IMG/VR virus record: IMGVR_UViG_2541047798_000005
Origin: a virus
Lineage: Duplodnaviria; Heunggongvirae; Uroviricota; Caudoviricetes
Strand: one strand, 5' to 3'
DNA length: 53,426 nt
Under the pieces are notes generated by a model. That model saw only the letters and a list, made by a program, of their open reading frames with translations. It did not search any database and was not told the DNA's origin. The translations under genes and the position numbers were made by a program. Positions 27,532 through 37,476 of the stretch are shown here, in pieces (the first letter of the stretch is position 1; every line of letters starts with the position of its first letter).

Positions 27532-27592
27532 TGGTGATTTCTTAATCATGGCTATATGCACGCTGTTAACTGTTATTGTTTTCTTCGCGTAA
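27524..27592 (+). CDS. Tiny hydrophobic peptide 7 (22 aa)
   Basis: MSDGDFLIMAICTLLTVIVFFA; overlaps peptide 6 by 8 nt. Confidence 0.3.
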   Translation: MSDGDFLIMAICTLLTVIVFFA

Positions 27593-27601
27593 AGGTAAAC
27601 A

Positions 27602-27685
27602 ATGAAAGAATTATTCGATTGGTTGGAAGTATTAACATACTGTGCAAGTTTTGTTGCTTGCGTATATATCATCAATAAATATTAA
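27602..27685 (+). CDS. Tiny hydrophobic peptide 8 (27 aa)
   Basis: MKELFDWLEVLTYCASFVACVYIINKY; AAAGG RBS. Confidence 0.35.
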   Translation: MKELFDWLEVLTYCASFVACVYIINKY

Positions 27686-27696
27686 AAGGTGACGTT

Positions 27697-27840
27697 ATGA
27701 ACGATGAAGAACTAAAAATAGCAGATGAAATAAGAAAGGCACTTGATTCAGCAGAAAATAATGAAACCATCTATCTTTCCGAACAGGAAGTAGAAAAGAT
27801 GATGAATGAATTTAAATTAAGATTTGGAAAAGATAATTAA
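27697..27840 (+). CDS. Small hydrophilic protein (47 aa)
   Basis: AAGGTG RBS; MNDEELKIADEIRKALDSAENNETIYLSEQEVEKMMNEFKLRFGKDN. Confidence 0.35.
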   Translation: MNDEELKIADEIRKALDSAENNETIYLSEQEVEKMMNEFKLRFGKDN

Positions 27841-27850
27841 GAGGTGAATT

Positions 27851-28366
27851 ATGGCCCGCACGAAAAAGGCAAAGGCTGACGATAAAAAGCCGGAAGCCAA
27901 AAAGGTGGGCCGTCCGCATGGCTATACCGAAGAAAAGGCATTAGAGATCTGTGAGCTGGTGGCGGACGGTCAGAGTATTAACAAAATCTCGAAGATGCCT
28001 GGTATGCCGAACCGTTCAACAATCCTCAAATGGTTCCGTGATGTACCGGAGTTTTCCACCATGTACGCACGCGCGAAGGAGATCGGATTTGAGGTGTTGG
28101 CTGATGAGATTATCGATATAGCCGACGCAGCGGAGAACACTGACAAAGATCAATGCCGCCGTCATCAACTGATGATTGAAACTCGCAAGTGGTTACTGGC
28201 AAAACTGCAACCGCGTAAATACGGCGAACGCGTCACACAGGAGATCGTCGGTAACAAGGAAGAAGCACCCGTCCAGGTAGAAGTAAATCAGACTACTGTC
28301 CTTGAGATAATCGATAACCTGAATAAGGAGTACAATACTCATGGAGACTGCGACGACAAAGATTGA
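27851..28366 (+). CDS. Terminase small subunit
   Basis: 171 aa; basic N-terminus, HTH-like region, position immediately upstream of the large terminase gene; GAGGTG RBS. Confidence 0.7.
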   Translation: MARTKKAKADDKKPEAKKVGRPHGYTEEKALEICELVADGQSINKISKMPGMPNRSTILKWFRDVPEFSTMYARAKEIGFEVLADEIIDIADAAENTDKDQCRRHQLMIETRKWLLAKLQPRKYGERVTQEIVGNKEEAPVQVEVNQTTVLEIIDNLNKEYNTHGDCDDKD

Positions 28367-29855
28367 CAGAGAGGTTCTAAGGGGGTTGTGTGTTAAAGGT
28401 TGTGCTCCCAAAGACATATCAGCACCTTTGTTTTTTAGTTCCTACTTTTATAAGCAACAGGTTGGCAAGGACTTTTTGGTTGGGCGTCATCACAGAATAA
28501 TTGCCGATACGCTACAACGAGTTATTAATGGTGAAATCACCAGGTTGATAATCAACATCCCACCGGGCTATGGCAAAACAATGATTGCCACAATTCACAT
28601 GATGGCCCGCTGCCTCGCAATAGAACCCCGCACCAGATTCCTGCATGTATCGTATTCACACGGACTCGCCTTGCTTAATTCCTCAGAGGCAAGAAACATA
28701 ATCACGATGCCGCAATATCAGGAATTGTGGCCTATGCAAATGCGCAACGATTCGAACGCGAAAAACCTGTGGTGGACCACTCAGGGTGGCGGCGTGTATG
28801 CGACGTCATCGCTTGGACAGGTGACAGGGTTCCGCGCCGGGTACATGGAACCTGGGTTTAACGGCGCAATGATTATTGATGACCCCCTGAAACCAGCTGA
28901 CGCTTATTCTGATGTGGTGCGAAAGCAGGTTAATACCAATTACAACGACACGCTTTCTTCGCGCCTGGCTGTGCAAACAACGCCAGTGATCGTCATCATG
29001 CAGCGTATCCACTACGATGATTTATCCGGCTACCTGTTACGTGGCGGTAGTGGTGAGAAATGGCATCACCTTTGCCTGCCAGTGAAGATCGACAACAGTC
29101 TTGACTATTGGGATCTGTACCCGGAAAACAAATTTGCTATTCCTGTTCCTCACAACCTGCCGGATGGCTGGCTATGGTTGCATAAGCATAGTGATAAAGA
29201 TGAATCAACTCTTAAATCACATCGCCGAACATTCGAAGCTCAATATATGCAGTGTCCGCGCAAGTTCGATCAAGAGGGCGCATTGTGGACTGAAGCGATG
29301 ATAACCGCCGCGCACAGGATGCAGATAACGCAGGAGAAAATTCGCACGGTGATAGCCATCGACCCGGCGACAACATCATCTGATGAGTCAGACGAAACAG
29401 GGATTGTAGCCTGTTCCGCTTATGGTGGTGGCAAGAATGCTCAGTATTCAGTAGACGGTGACTACTCAGGCCGCATGTCACCTAATGACTGGGCGCAAGC
29501 AGCAATGAACGCCTACAACATCCATGAAGCTGACGCGATGGTTATCGAAACCAACCAGGGCGGCGAAATGGCAGAGGCCACGCTGCGTAATGCCGGATTT
29601 AAAGGCCGCATTGTTAAGGTACACGCAAGTAAGGGTAAATTCGCCCGTGCCGAACCAATATCTGCATTGTATGCACAGGGTAGGGTGGCCCACACTGGCA
29701 GCCTGTACACGCTGGAAAATCAAATGATGGAATATGTGCCAGCTACCGCTAAAAAATCCCCTGACCGTATGGATGCGATGGTATGGGGGATCACTGAATT
29801 AAGCCAACCACAGGCGATGGGCCTTATGTTACCTAAACGCCTGCGCGGATTTTAA
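28341..29855 (+). CDS. Terminase large subunit
   Basis: 504 aa; Walker A-like IPPGYGKT, acidic nuclease-domain residues in C-terminal half. Confidence 0.85.
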   Translation: METATTKIDREVLRGLCVKGCAPKDISAPLFFSSYFYKQQVGKDFLVGRHHRIIADTLQRVINGEITRLIINIPPGYGKTMIATIHMMARCLAIEPRTRFLHVSYSHGLALLNSSEARNIITMPQYQELWPMQMRNDSNAKNLWWTTQGGGVYATSSLGQVTGFRAGYMEPGFNGAMIIDDPLKPADAYSDVVRKQVNTNYNDTLSSRLAVQTTPVIVIMQRIHYDDLSGYLLRGGSGEKWHHLCLPVKIDNSLDYWDLYPENKFAIPVPHNLPDGWLWLHKHSDKDESTLKSHRRTFEAQYMQCPRKFDQEGALWTEAMITAAHRMQITQEKIRTVIAIDPATTSSDESDETGIVACSAYGGGKNAQYSVDGDYSGRMSPNDWAQAAMNAYNIHEADAMVIETNQGGEMAEATLRNAGFKGRIVKVHASKGKFARAEPISALYAQGRVAHTGSLYTLENQMMEYVPATAKKSPDRMDAMVWGITELSQPQAMGLMLPKRLRGF

Positions 29856-29872
29856 GTTATTGATTATTGTCA

Positions 29873-29889
29873 ACTTCGAAAAATTTTCG
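29873..29889. promoter_or_regulatory. Perfect 17-bp palindrome TTCGAAAAATTTTCGAA between terminase and portal genes
   Basis: Exact inverted symmetry; function unknown. Confidence 0.3.
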
Positions 29890-30003
29890 AAGATGAACAA
29901 GAATAATTCTCAATTGGCTACATAAAATCTGTCTCACAATCCCCCACAAGTTTTTCTATTTTTCGCGTAGCAACGCGTAAACATGTATTCAGGAGTAAAC
30001 ATT

Positions 30004-31374
30004 ATGCCATCCAATTTAGAATTGGCGGTTAATGCTGCCTTGTCACAACGCCAGGCGGCCTTTGCCCGCTATGCAGCCGCTAACCCATTCTCAATGGGTA
30101 TTGATGCAAAACGTGATGCTGCGTGGAGTGAATACGGATTCAAAGAAGAAATCACCTATGCCGATTTATACAAACTGTATCGTCGCGGTGGTATCGCTCA
30201 CGGTGCTATTGAGAAGATCATTACTACGTGCTGGCGCACCAGGCCAACGCTGATTGAAGGTACGGAAGACGAGAAAGCGGAAAAGGAAACTTCGTGGGAA
30301 AGAGAAATCAAAAAACGATTCGACAATAGATTCTGGCGCGTAATTGCTGAATGCGATCGCCGCCGCCTCATCGGTCGTTATGCTGGACTGTTAATTCACG
30401 TCAGGGATAACAAGCCGTGGGATCAGCCAGTAACAAAAGGCGTAGGCATTGCCAAATTTACCCCCGTATGGGCTGGTGCTCTTACACCGAAGGACTTCGA
30501 AGAAAACCCGGATAAAGAAAACTATGGCCTGCCTACATGGTGGGAATACAAGGAGCGCATTAACAGTAAGACCATAGCAAGAAAGATACATCCAGATCGC
30601 ATATTTATCTTCGGTGATTATTCTGATGATGCCATCGCTTTCCTTGAACCGTCCTATAACGCATTCGTTTCACTGGAGAAAGTGGAAGGCGGCAGCGGTG
30701 AATCATTCCTGAAAAACGCAGCACGTCAACTGGCTATCTCGTTCGATAAAGAAATTGATTTCCGTTCTCTGGCTGCAACATACGGTTGCGACGTTACAGA
30801 GCTACGCGAAAAATTCAATGAAGCGGCAGAGGATATAAATAAAGGTAATGATGTGATGATGGCATTACAGGGAGCTACCGTTAGCCCGCTGGTTACTGCC
30901 GTAGCAGATCCTTCCGCTACCTATGACGTCAACCTGCAAACCGCAGCCGCTGGTATCGATATTCCAACGCGTATCCTGGTTGGGAATCAGCAGGGCGAAC
31001 GCGCATCAACCGAAGACCTCCGCTACTTCAATAACCGCTGCATGACCCGCCGTGAGGAAATAGGAGGTGAGCTTGAGGAGCTATTCCGCAAGATGGCAGA
31101 TCTCCGCCTTATCAGTATGCCAGTAGACGTATCTGTACTGTGGGACGACCTTAACGCCATGACAAAAGCAGAGCTACTCGACGCGGCATACAAAATGGCA
31201 CAAATCAATCAGGCATGTCTCGCTACTGGTGAGGAAATATTCAGCGGTGACGAGATCCGCGAAGCTGCCGGATACGATGGCCCGGCTAGTGAGGTAGAAC
31301 TGGAAGAGGAAAACGATGATGAATGTGAAGAAGATAATCAGGCGAATACCTCCAGCCGCGATAATGCCATCTAA
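30004..31374 (+). CDS. Portal protein (putative)
   Basis: 456 aa from ATG at 30004 with AGGAG RBS; position after terminase; acidic C-terminus. Confidence 0.6.
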   Translation: MPSNLELAVNAALSQRQAAFARYAAANPFSMGIDAKRDAAWSEYGFKEEITYADLYKLYRRGGIAHGAIEKIITTCWRTRPTLIEGTEDEKAEKETSWEREIKKRFDNRFWRVIAECDRRRLIGRYAGLLIHVRDNKPWDQPVTKGVGIAKFTPVWAGALTPKDFEENPDKENYGLPTWWEYKERINSKTIARKIHPDRIFIFGDYSDDAIAFLEPSYNAFVSLEKVEGGSGESFLKNAARQLAISFDKEIDFRSLAATYGCDVTELREKFNEAAEDINKGNDVMMALQGATVSPLVTAVADPSATYDVNLQTAAAGIDIPTRILVGNQQGERASTEDLRYFNNRCMTRREEIGGELEELFRKMADLRLISMPVDVSVLWDDLNAMTKAELLDAAYKMAQINQACLATGEEIFSGDEIREAAGYDGPASEVELEEENDDECEEDNQANTSSRDNAI

Positions 31375-32260
31375 CACCGAAGACCCGACCATGACAGGGA
31401 AGTTAAGGTCTGGTGCTATTAAGCGTTTCAAATCCTGCCTGAAAAAAGTAGCCGATCCATATATCGCCATATTGGACAGAATCCAATATAGCCTGGCTGT
31501 TAATAAGAAATACACCTTTCAGATTTACATGGATGAATTTCACGACATGCTGGAGGACGCAAGCGACATGATTGATGAGATATTCGAGTTAACAGACCCG
31601 GAAAACTTCTGGTTCTGGCAGAATTACGTGAAGGTGGCCTATCAGCGCGGCACGGCACAGGAATATGCCAACCTCGCTAACCAGTCTGTCACGTACTCAA
31701 GCGCCTACCCTGATGTATCTGCCGTGTTATCAAGCACAACTTACCGCACCCGCCTTGCCCTGGTACGTACCCGTGTATTTGAGGAAATGCGCGGGCTGAC
31801 CGCACAGATCAAAAAGGATATGGCAAGAAGATTAACCGAAGGTATGGCACGCGGTTTAAATCCACTGGAAATAGCGCGCACATTGAATCAGGAGACGCGG
31901 TTACCGCTATACAGGTGCAAACGTATTGCCCGAACTGAAATATGCACAGCGTTACGCACAGCGCGTATGGATGAGGCAGAAGCGGCGACAGAAGAATTTA
32001 ATCTGCGCACTATGCAAATGCACATTTCGGCATTATCACCGACTACCAGGCTATCGCACGCGCAGCGGCACGGTAAAACATACACCATAGATGAGCAGCG
32101 CGAATGGTGGAGTAGATCCCCTAATTCAATTAACTGCAAATGTAGCACGATTACCGTATTAGTTGACGAAGACGGTAACATATTAAACGAACGAATATTA
32201 GATCGGGCGCAAGAAAACTATAAAGTTGCGCACGCTAAATATGGCGAAGATTGGGAGTAA
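31316..32260 (+). CDS. Head morphogenesis protein (Mu F / SPP1 gp7-like, putative); start uncertain (alternatives at 31364 and 31391)
   Basis: 314 aa; position between portal and scaffold/capsid genes; overlaps portal 3' end in another frame. Confidence 0.55.
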   Translation: MMNVKKIIRRIPPAAIMPSNTEDPTMTGKLRSGAIKRFKSCLKKVADPYIAILDRIQYSLAVNKKYTFQIYMDEFHDMLEDASDMIDEIFELTDPENFWFWQNYVKVAYQRGTAQEYANLANQSVTYSSAYPDVSAVLSSTTYRTRLALVRTRVFEEMRGLTAQIKKDMARRLTEGMARGLNPLEIARTLNQETRLPLYRCKRIARTEICTALRTARMDEAEAATEEFNLRTMQMHISALSPTTRLSHAQRHGKTYTIDEQREWWSRSPNSINCKCSTITVLVDEDGNILNERILDRAQENYKVAHAKYGEDWE

Positions 32261-32265
32261 AAACC

Positions 32266-33555
32266 GTGAGTAAAGAATTAATTCAGGTTAATACCAAATT
32301 AACCGCTAATACCATACGCCGGGAAACGTATAACGGGCGGGAACATATTGTTGTTCCGTCCTACACGTTACCCTTTAACATCGTAATGAACCGGGAATAT
32401 TACCCGGAAGCTGAAATTATCGCTAATTACCAGTCACTGGAGGGTACGCTTGCCCCGCTGGGCCATCCTACCGTTGACGGTAAATTTGTTTCAGCATTTA
32501 GCCCGGAAGGATTAAACACGGGTTTTTGTGGTGCGTGGAACAGAAACGTTGAGTTACGCGGCAACCGTGTTTATGTGGAAAAATGGGTGGATGTGGAAAC
32601 CGCCAGCCATTCAAGCCAGGGCCGCGAATTATTAGCCCGACTGGAAGCACTGGAGAAAGGAGAAAGCAAAGATCCTATCTGGTCGTCCGTCGCTGTATAT
32701 CGTCAGCGTATGCCAGCCACTGAAGAAATGAAAGCCCAGGGTGCTGACAGCGTTGTCAAAATTATGTCGATTGACCATGACGCTATCTTGCTGCATGAGC
32801 CGCCAGCCGCTTCGCCGGAACAGGGCGTAGGCTTAATGGTTAATACCGACCAGGCGAAGCCGTTAATGGCGGTGGCAATGAAAGAAAATAGCTATCGCAC
32901 ACTTGAAAAACAGTTAACCGCTGCCGCGCGGGAAATGTTCCCTGACGCTGATTACGTATACGTGGTGGACTTCACTGATAGAGAGGTGACGATCGCCACT
33001 AATGAAAACTGTGCGGAAAGATACAACTACGAAAAACAGGCTGATAAAATTATTCTCAATAATGGCGAGCTTGCAACCAACGAGGAAAGTAAATCATGGT
33101 TTGCTCAGTTCGCTGAACACCTTTCTAATCTTTTCTCCCTGAATGAAAAAATTAAGGCCAATAAATCGGAGGACGATCCCATGCCTTTGACAAAAGAAGA
33201 ACGCGCCGAACTGGTAAAAGAAATTAACGAAGGCTTAGCCGCCAATATCGCTAATGCAGTAGCAGAGGCATTAAAACCAGTACAGGCAAGCGTAGAAGAA
33301 TTGCAGACCAACCAAGAAGAATTACAGACCAACCAGAAAGCAATTAAAGAAGAAATTGCAGCAAACGCAAATAAAGAAGTAGCAGAAAAACGCGCCGCAG
33401 TAGCAAAAGTTCACGGCGAAATTGTTGCTAACGCATTAAGCGGTGAAGCATTAGAGGCAATGTTTAAATCCCTGGGTAAAGCAACTCCGCTAGCCGCCAA
33501 CACAGCAAGTGAAGACAAAAAAGGCGAAGTCCCTGACTTTAACACTTATTTCTAA
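32266..33555 (+). CDS. Putative scaffold / prohead-core protein with C-terminal coiled coil
   Basis: About 429 aa from GTG at 32266 with GGGAG RBS; coiled-coil heptads in C-terminal third; position upstream of capsid gene. Confidence 0.45.
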   Translation: MSKELIQVNTKLTANTIRRETYNGREHIVVPSYTLPFNIVMNREYYPEAEIIANYQSLEGTLAPLGHPTVDGKFVSAFSPEGLNTGFCGAWNRNVELRGNRVYVEKWVDVETASHSSQGRELLARLEALEKGESKDPIWSSVAVYRQRMPATEEMKAQGADSVVKIMSIDHDAILLHEPPAASPEQGVGLMVNTDQAKPLMAVAMKENSYRTLEKQLTAAAREMFPDADYVYVVDFTDREVTIATNENCAERYNYEKQADKIILNNGELATNEESKSWFAQFAEHLSNLFSLNEKIKANKSEDDPMPLTKEERAELVKEINEGLAANIANAVAEALKPVQASVEELQTNQEELQTNQKAIKEEIAANANKEVAEKRAAVAKVHGEIVANALSGEALEAMFKSLGKATPLAANTASEDKKGEVPDFNTYF

Positions 33556-33569
33556 CTGGAGGGAATACA

Positions 33570-33998
33570 ATGTCTCGTTTTCGTCGTGTAAATATTGATG
33601 GTAAATCCATTACCGAAACCTACACTGCTAAGGTCGCAGTAAAACCAGGTGAACTGGTAAAACTGGACGGAGGTGAGTTTGCAAAAGCAACCAGTGCTGA
33701 TGTCGGTGCAGCTCAGTTGTACATCGTCAACCCGGCATTCCACGAAGGCAAAACCATTACTGATGCAATCGCTGCAAATGAAACTGTTGTTGCTGATTAT
33801 GTGGAACAGGGCCGAGAGTTTGCTCTCCTTGTTCCTGCAGCCGCTTATGTTAAGGGTGCAGCTATTGCTCTCGCAGCCGACGGGGTGAAACTGTTTGTTG
33901 CGCCAAGTGAACAGGCAGCGCCAGATCCGATCATCGCATACTGCCAGGAAGACGTAACCCTGGAGGCGGAAGATCTTATCCGCGTTCGCGTTGCTTAA
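33570..33998 (+). CDS. Putative head structural protein (decoration / scaffold-like)
   Basis: 142 aa, Ala-rich; GGAGGG RBS; between scaffold-like and major capsid genes. Confidence 0.4.
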   Translation: MSRFRRVNIDGKSITETYTAKVAVKPGELVKLDGGEFAKATSADVGAAQLYIVNPAFHEGKTITDAIAANETVVADYVEQGREFALLVPAAAYVKGAAIALAADGVKLFVAPSEQAAPDPIIAYCQEDVTLEAEDLIRVRVA

Positions 33999-34015
33999 TT
34001 TAAAAGGGGAAAAAC

Positions 34016-35080
34016 ATGTACTTTACAAAAGAAAACCTTGCCACCAACGCCCGTATGCAGGGCCATTGGAAAGAACTGTGGGCGCAACGCAATATCTTCA
34101 ACGAGCAGCACAACGCCATGATTGCAGCAAATCAGGCAAATATGACCGCTGAAATGTTGACCTGTAACGCCGTCGGCGGCTTCGCAAAAGAATTCTGGAA
34201 AGAAATCGATAACCAGATTATCGAACTGAACACCGAAGAAATCGGTATTGAGATCGTAAACGACCTGATGGGTGTGCAAACCGTACTGCCAGTCGGTAAA
34301 ACGCTGAAAATGTACAACGTATCCGGTGACATCAATGATGAAGTTGTGATGTCTATGGATGGTCAAGCGCCACACGGCTTTGATCACACCGAATACGATA
34401 GCGATGGCGACCCGATCCCGATGTTCGCGGCTGGTTACGGTGTTAACTGGCGTCTCGCTCAGGGCTTAAATACTGTAGGTATCGACCTTGCATTAGACAG
34501 CCAGCGCCTTAAACTGAAAAAATTCAACAAAGCACGCGTCCAGTTCTACCTGAATGGTAACGATCGCATCGTGGTTGATGATCATAAAGCAATGGGTATT
34601 AAAAACCACAAAAACACCCAGCAACTTAAACTGAAAACTGTCGCTAAAATCGACCTTACCACTGCGGCTTTCGATAAGATTATTGAATTCTTTACCACTG
34701 GTGAGTTCGGGAAACTGGCCCGCGCCAACTTCGTAGCTAAATACGATGTAATGTGGGTATCGCCAGAAATCATGGCTAACCTGGCACGCCCACACATCGT
34801 TAATGGTGCTGTAGTCGGTAGCGTGCTGAGCGTCATTATGCCGTTCGCTCCGGTTGGTGAGATTCGCCAGAGCTATGCATTGTCCGGCAACGAGTTCATT
34901 GCTTATCAGCGCAGCCGTAGCGTAATTACCCCGCTGGTTGGTATGACTACTGGTGTTGTACCGTTACCGCGCATGATGCCGACTGATAACTACAACTTCC
35001 GCATCATGTCCGCTGAGGGTCTGCAAATCACCCGTGACATGGAAGGTCGTTCAGGAGTGGTCTACGGCAGCAATACCTGA
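34016..35080 (+). CDS. Major capsid protein (putative)
   Basis: 354 aa; strong RBS; followed by a strong terminator, typical of major capsid genes. Confidence 0.6.
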   Translation: MYFTKENLATNARMQGHWKELWAQRNIFNEQHNAMIAANQANMTAEMLTCNAVGGFAKEFWKEIDNQIIELNTEEIGIEIVNDLMGVQTVLPVGKTLKMYNVSGDINDEVVMSMDGQAPHGFDHTEYDSDGDPIPMFAAGYGVNWRLAQGLNTVGIDLALDSQRLKLKKFNKARVQFYLNGNDRIVVDDHKAMGIKNHKNTQQLKLKTVAKIDLTTAAFDKIIEFFTTGEFGKLARANFVAKYDVMWVSPEIMANLARPHIVNGAVVGSVLSVIMPFAPVGEIRQSYALSGNEFIAYQRSRSVITPLVGMTTGVVPLPRMMPTDNYNFRIMSAEGLQITRDMEGRSGVVYGSNT

Positions 35081-35099
35081 TTGATATGTTTCTGTAGCT

Positions 35100-35127
35100 C
35101 CCCGGCGCAATGCCGGGGATTTTTTTT
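35100..35127 (+). terminator. Rho-independent terminator after the capsid gene
   Basis: CCCCGGC-gcaat-GCCGGGG hairpin followed by a run of 8 T. Confidence 0.8.
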
Positions 35128-35145
35128 GTATGTGGAGAAAACAAA

Positions 35146-35532
35146 ATGGTTACCACACAACAGGCGCGGGAATATCTCGAAAGCCAGGGGATTGAAATAC
35201 CAGACGTGGTTTTATCTTTGCTGGTGGAGCAGGCAAATAGCGTTAATGAATGCCTTGATGCCAATTATCCGTCCTCCACTGCAACATTGATTCAGCTTTA
35301 TCTCATTGGCCTGTTAGGACTCAGCCAGGCTGATAAATACATTTCCTCGCAGACTGGGCCGAACGGTGCGATCCAGTCCTACCGCTATGTCGATTTTAAT
35401 AAAAGATGGAAGGCAGCTTGCTCGTTGCTTCGTTCAATTGACAAACATAATTGCACAGCCGAACTAATCCCGGCAGATCCCGAAGCCACCGCGCACGCCG
35501 GACTATGGATCGGTAAGAGTAGGAGGATGTAA
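35146..35532 (+). CDS. Head-tail connector / head completion protein (putative)
   Basis: 128 aa from ATG at 35146 with GGAG RBS; position. Confidence 0.4.
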   Translation: MVTTQQAREYLESQGIEIPDVVLSLLVEQANSVNECLDANYPSSTATLIQLYLIGLLGLSQADKYISSQTGPNGAIQSYRYVDFNKRWKAACSLLRSIDKHNCTAELIPADPEATAHAGLWIGKSRRM

Positions 35533-35534
35533 CA

Positions 35535-35720
35535 ATGTGGAACGACCTAACACTACCGAAGCCACTAATGCCGAAGCCGTTTACCCGCGTATGGGTGAAG
35601 ACTGACACCGGGCGACAGGTGGCGGCATATCTCAATGATGCTGGTGAATGGGTGATTCTTTGCCCGCGCGTGGCGAAAACTCATCCAAAGGTCATTAGCT
35701 GGAGTTACGGCTATGAGTAA
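35535..35720 (+). CDS. Hypothetical protein
   Basis: 61 aa ORF. Confidence 0.35.
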   Translation: MWNDLTLPKPLMPKPFTRVWVKTDTGRQVAAYLNDAGEWVILCPRVAKTHPKVISWSYGYE

Positions 35721-36081
35721 GATTGCGCGATTCAGTTACAAGGCATTAGCCACCATCTACCCCGTAACGCATGACGACTGGACAAACGCCGACGTATACG
35801 GCGCACCATACCTGATTAACTGCGCATGGGAGCGCACCGACGGCACTGCAACAGACACAAACGGTAATGAGGTTAGCAATACAATAACCGTATTTACCGA
35901 ACTGCTTCATAATATGCAGCCAGTGCAGCGCCCGAAAAACGGCTGGATGATTGCCACTGGCGACACCACTAATATTTCCGACCCGCTGGTGGCTGGGGCC
36001 AACGTTATTACCGGGATCGTTGAATGGGATATGAGCATGTTTAACGACACGCCGGATTATAAGATCGTGACAGGGGGTTAA
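35713..36081 (+). CDS. Head-tail joining protein (putative)
   Basis: 122 aa; position. Confidence 0.35.
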   Translation: MSKIARFSYKALATIYPVTHDDWTNADVYGAPYLINCAWERTDGTATDTNGNEVSNTITVFTELLHNMQPVQRPKNGWMIATGDTTNISDPLVAGANVITGIVEWDMSMFNDTPDYKIVTGG

Positions 36082-36083
36082 TC

Positions 36084-36548
36084 ATGCCTATCAAGGGGGT
36101 TAAACGCGTCCGTGAGAGATTAAAGCAGGAGCTAAAGGAAATCACCGATAAAAAGACGCACGAAGTTTTATGGCGCGTCGGTATGCTGGCTGGTGGCTTC
36201 GCGGCTAATATGACGCCAGTCGATACGGGCTTCTTAATTAACAGTCAGTTCCAGTACATAGGGAACACGGCGGACGGTATGCAATTACGCCTGGGATATA
36301 CGGCCCGCTACGCTGAATGGGTGCACAATATGCCGGGTACATTAAAAGGCCAGCCGCGCGAAGATTTCGGCAAAACGAATAACCTTTCAGATTTCGGACC
36401 GAAACAGGTAATTAGTTTTGGTGGTGGTACTGGAAAGGGTAATTATTGGGATCCAAATGCGGAGCCTGGATTCTTGCGTAAGGCATTCGAAGATCCTAAC
36501 CACGCCGATGATATTTATAAAGAAATTGTAGAAGGTTACAAAGTATGA
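36084..36548 (+). CDS. Tail component, HK97 gp10-like (putative)
   Basis: 154 aa; position and general resemblance to gp10-family head-tail proteins. Confidence 0.4.
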   Translation: MPIKGVKRVRERLKQELKEITDKKTHEVLWRVGMLAGGFAANMTPVDTGFLINSQFQYIGNTADGMQLRLGYTARYAEWVHNMPGTLKGQPREDFGKTNNLSDFGPKQVISFGGGTGKGNYWDPNAEPGFLRKAFEDPNHADDIYKEIVEGYKV

Positions 36549-36931
36549 AACGCAGCGAAGTTTACGACGAAATAAGGGATTGGATTCAATCCCACGGATA
36601 CGATGAAGGCTATATTTTGCAGGCCCGTTTCTGGAATGAGCGAAGTAATTCGAATAATGACAGATACATCGTGATCCAGCAAAACGGCGGCGCGGCTGGT
36701 GAGGAAGCAATAACCCGTGATTATTTCCGCATCCTGGTTATTTCAGCGCGTAATGATGCAAATATCAGTGAGGTGGAAGACCTTGCCGATGCCATCCGTC
36801 AAAGTATGTTAACAGAATATAAAACTGATAAAATTACACACATGAAGCCAGTTGGCGCTATTCCTGCAATACAGACAAGAGAAGGGCGCTTTATTTTTAC
36901 CGTAGCCTTTCAAACCATCATATCAAGATAA
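36545..36931 (+). CDS. Tail terminator / completion protein (putative)
   Basis: 128 aa; position immediately before the major tail gene. Confidence 0.35.
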   Translation: MKRSEVYDEIRDWIQSHGYDEGYILQARFWNERSNSNNDRYIVIQQNGGAAGEEAITRDYFRILVISARNDANISEVEDLADAIRQSMLTEYKTDKITHMKPVGAIPAIQTREGRFIFTVAFQTIISR

Positions 36932-36944
36932 GAGGTAAATTAAC

Positions 36945-37421
36945 ATGTCTCAGACTTGCGAAAAAGGCACGTTTACAGGCCGTGACGTTGCTGTATTCTT
37001 CGCTATCGCTTGTCCAAATGCGAAGCCGGAAGCTGAAGCGTACAAAGCGTTAGGCATGATGCGTGGTAAAACACTTTCCGTTGAATGGGAAACCGCTGAC
37101 GCCACCGCCGATAAATCAGCCGATTACACGAAAGAATCAATGGTTACTTACAAATCCGTTTCTTTCTCCGGCGACGGTGTGTCCCGCACTGAAGAAATCC
37201 ATAATCAGAAAGCGCTGAAACGCCACGTAATTACGCCAGGTGAAACCACCGGATCACAACCTTATGTATGGCTGAAGATCGTTTCTCCTGTAGACGTAAC
37301 TGAAGGCCCATTCCTTTGCACTTCCTTTAAAGAAGAAGATCCGCATGATGATGTTTCCACCTGGTCTATTGAGTGCGAAAGCGCTGGCAAGGTAACGGTA
37401 GGCGACGTTCCGCCAGCATAA
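36945..37421 (+). CDS. Major tail protein (putative)
   Basis: 158 aa; strong RBS; followed by hairpin attenuator; position before chaperone and tape measure. Confidence 0.55.
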   Translation: MSQTCEKGTFTGRDVAVFFAIACPNAKPEAEAYKALGMMRGKTLSVEWETADATADKSADYTKESMVTYKSVSFSGDGVSRTEEIHNQKALKRHVITPGETTGSQPYVWLKIVSPVDVTEGPFLCTSFKEEDPHDDVSTWSIECESAGKVTVGDVPPA

Positions 37422-37439
37422 CAGCCAATATTAACAATC

Positions 37440-37463
37440 GGGGCTATTTGGCCCCTTTTCTTT
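37440..37463 (+). terminator. Hairpin attenuator / terminator after major tail gene
   Basis: GGGGC-tatttg-GCCCC followed by TTTTCTTTT. Confidence 0.5.
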
Positions 37464-37476
37464 TAAGGTGAATACT

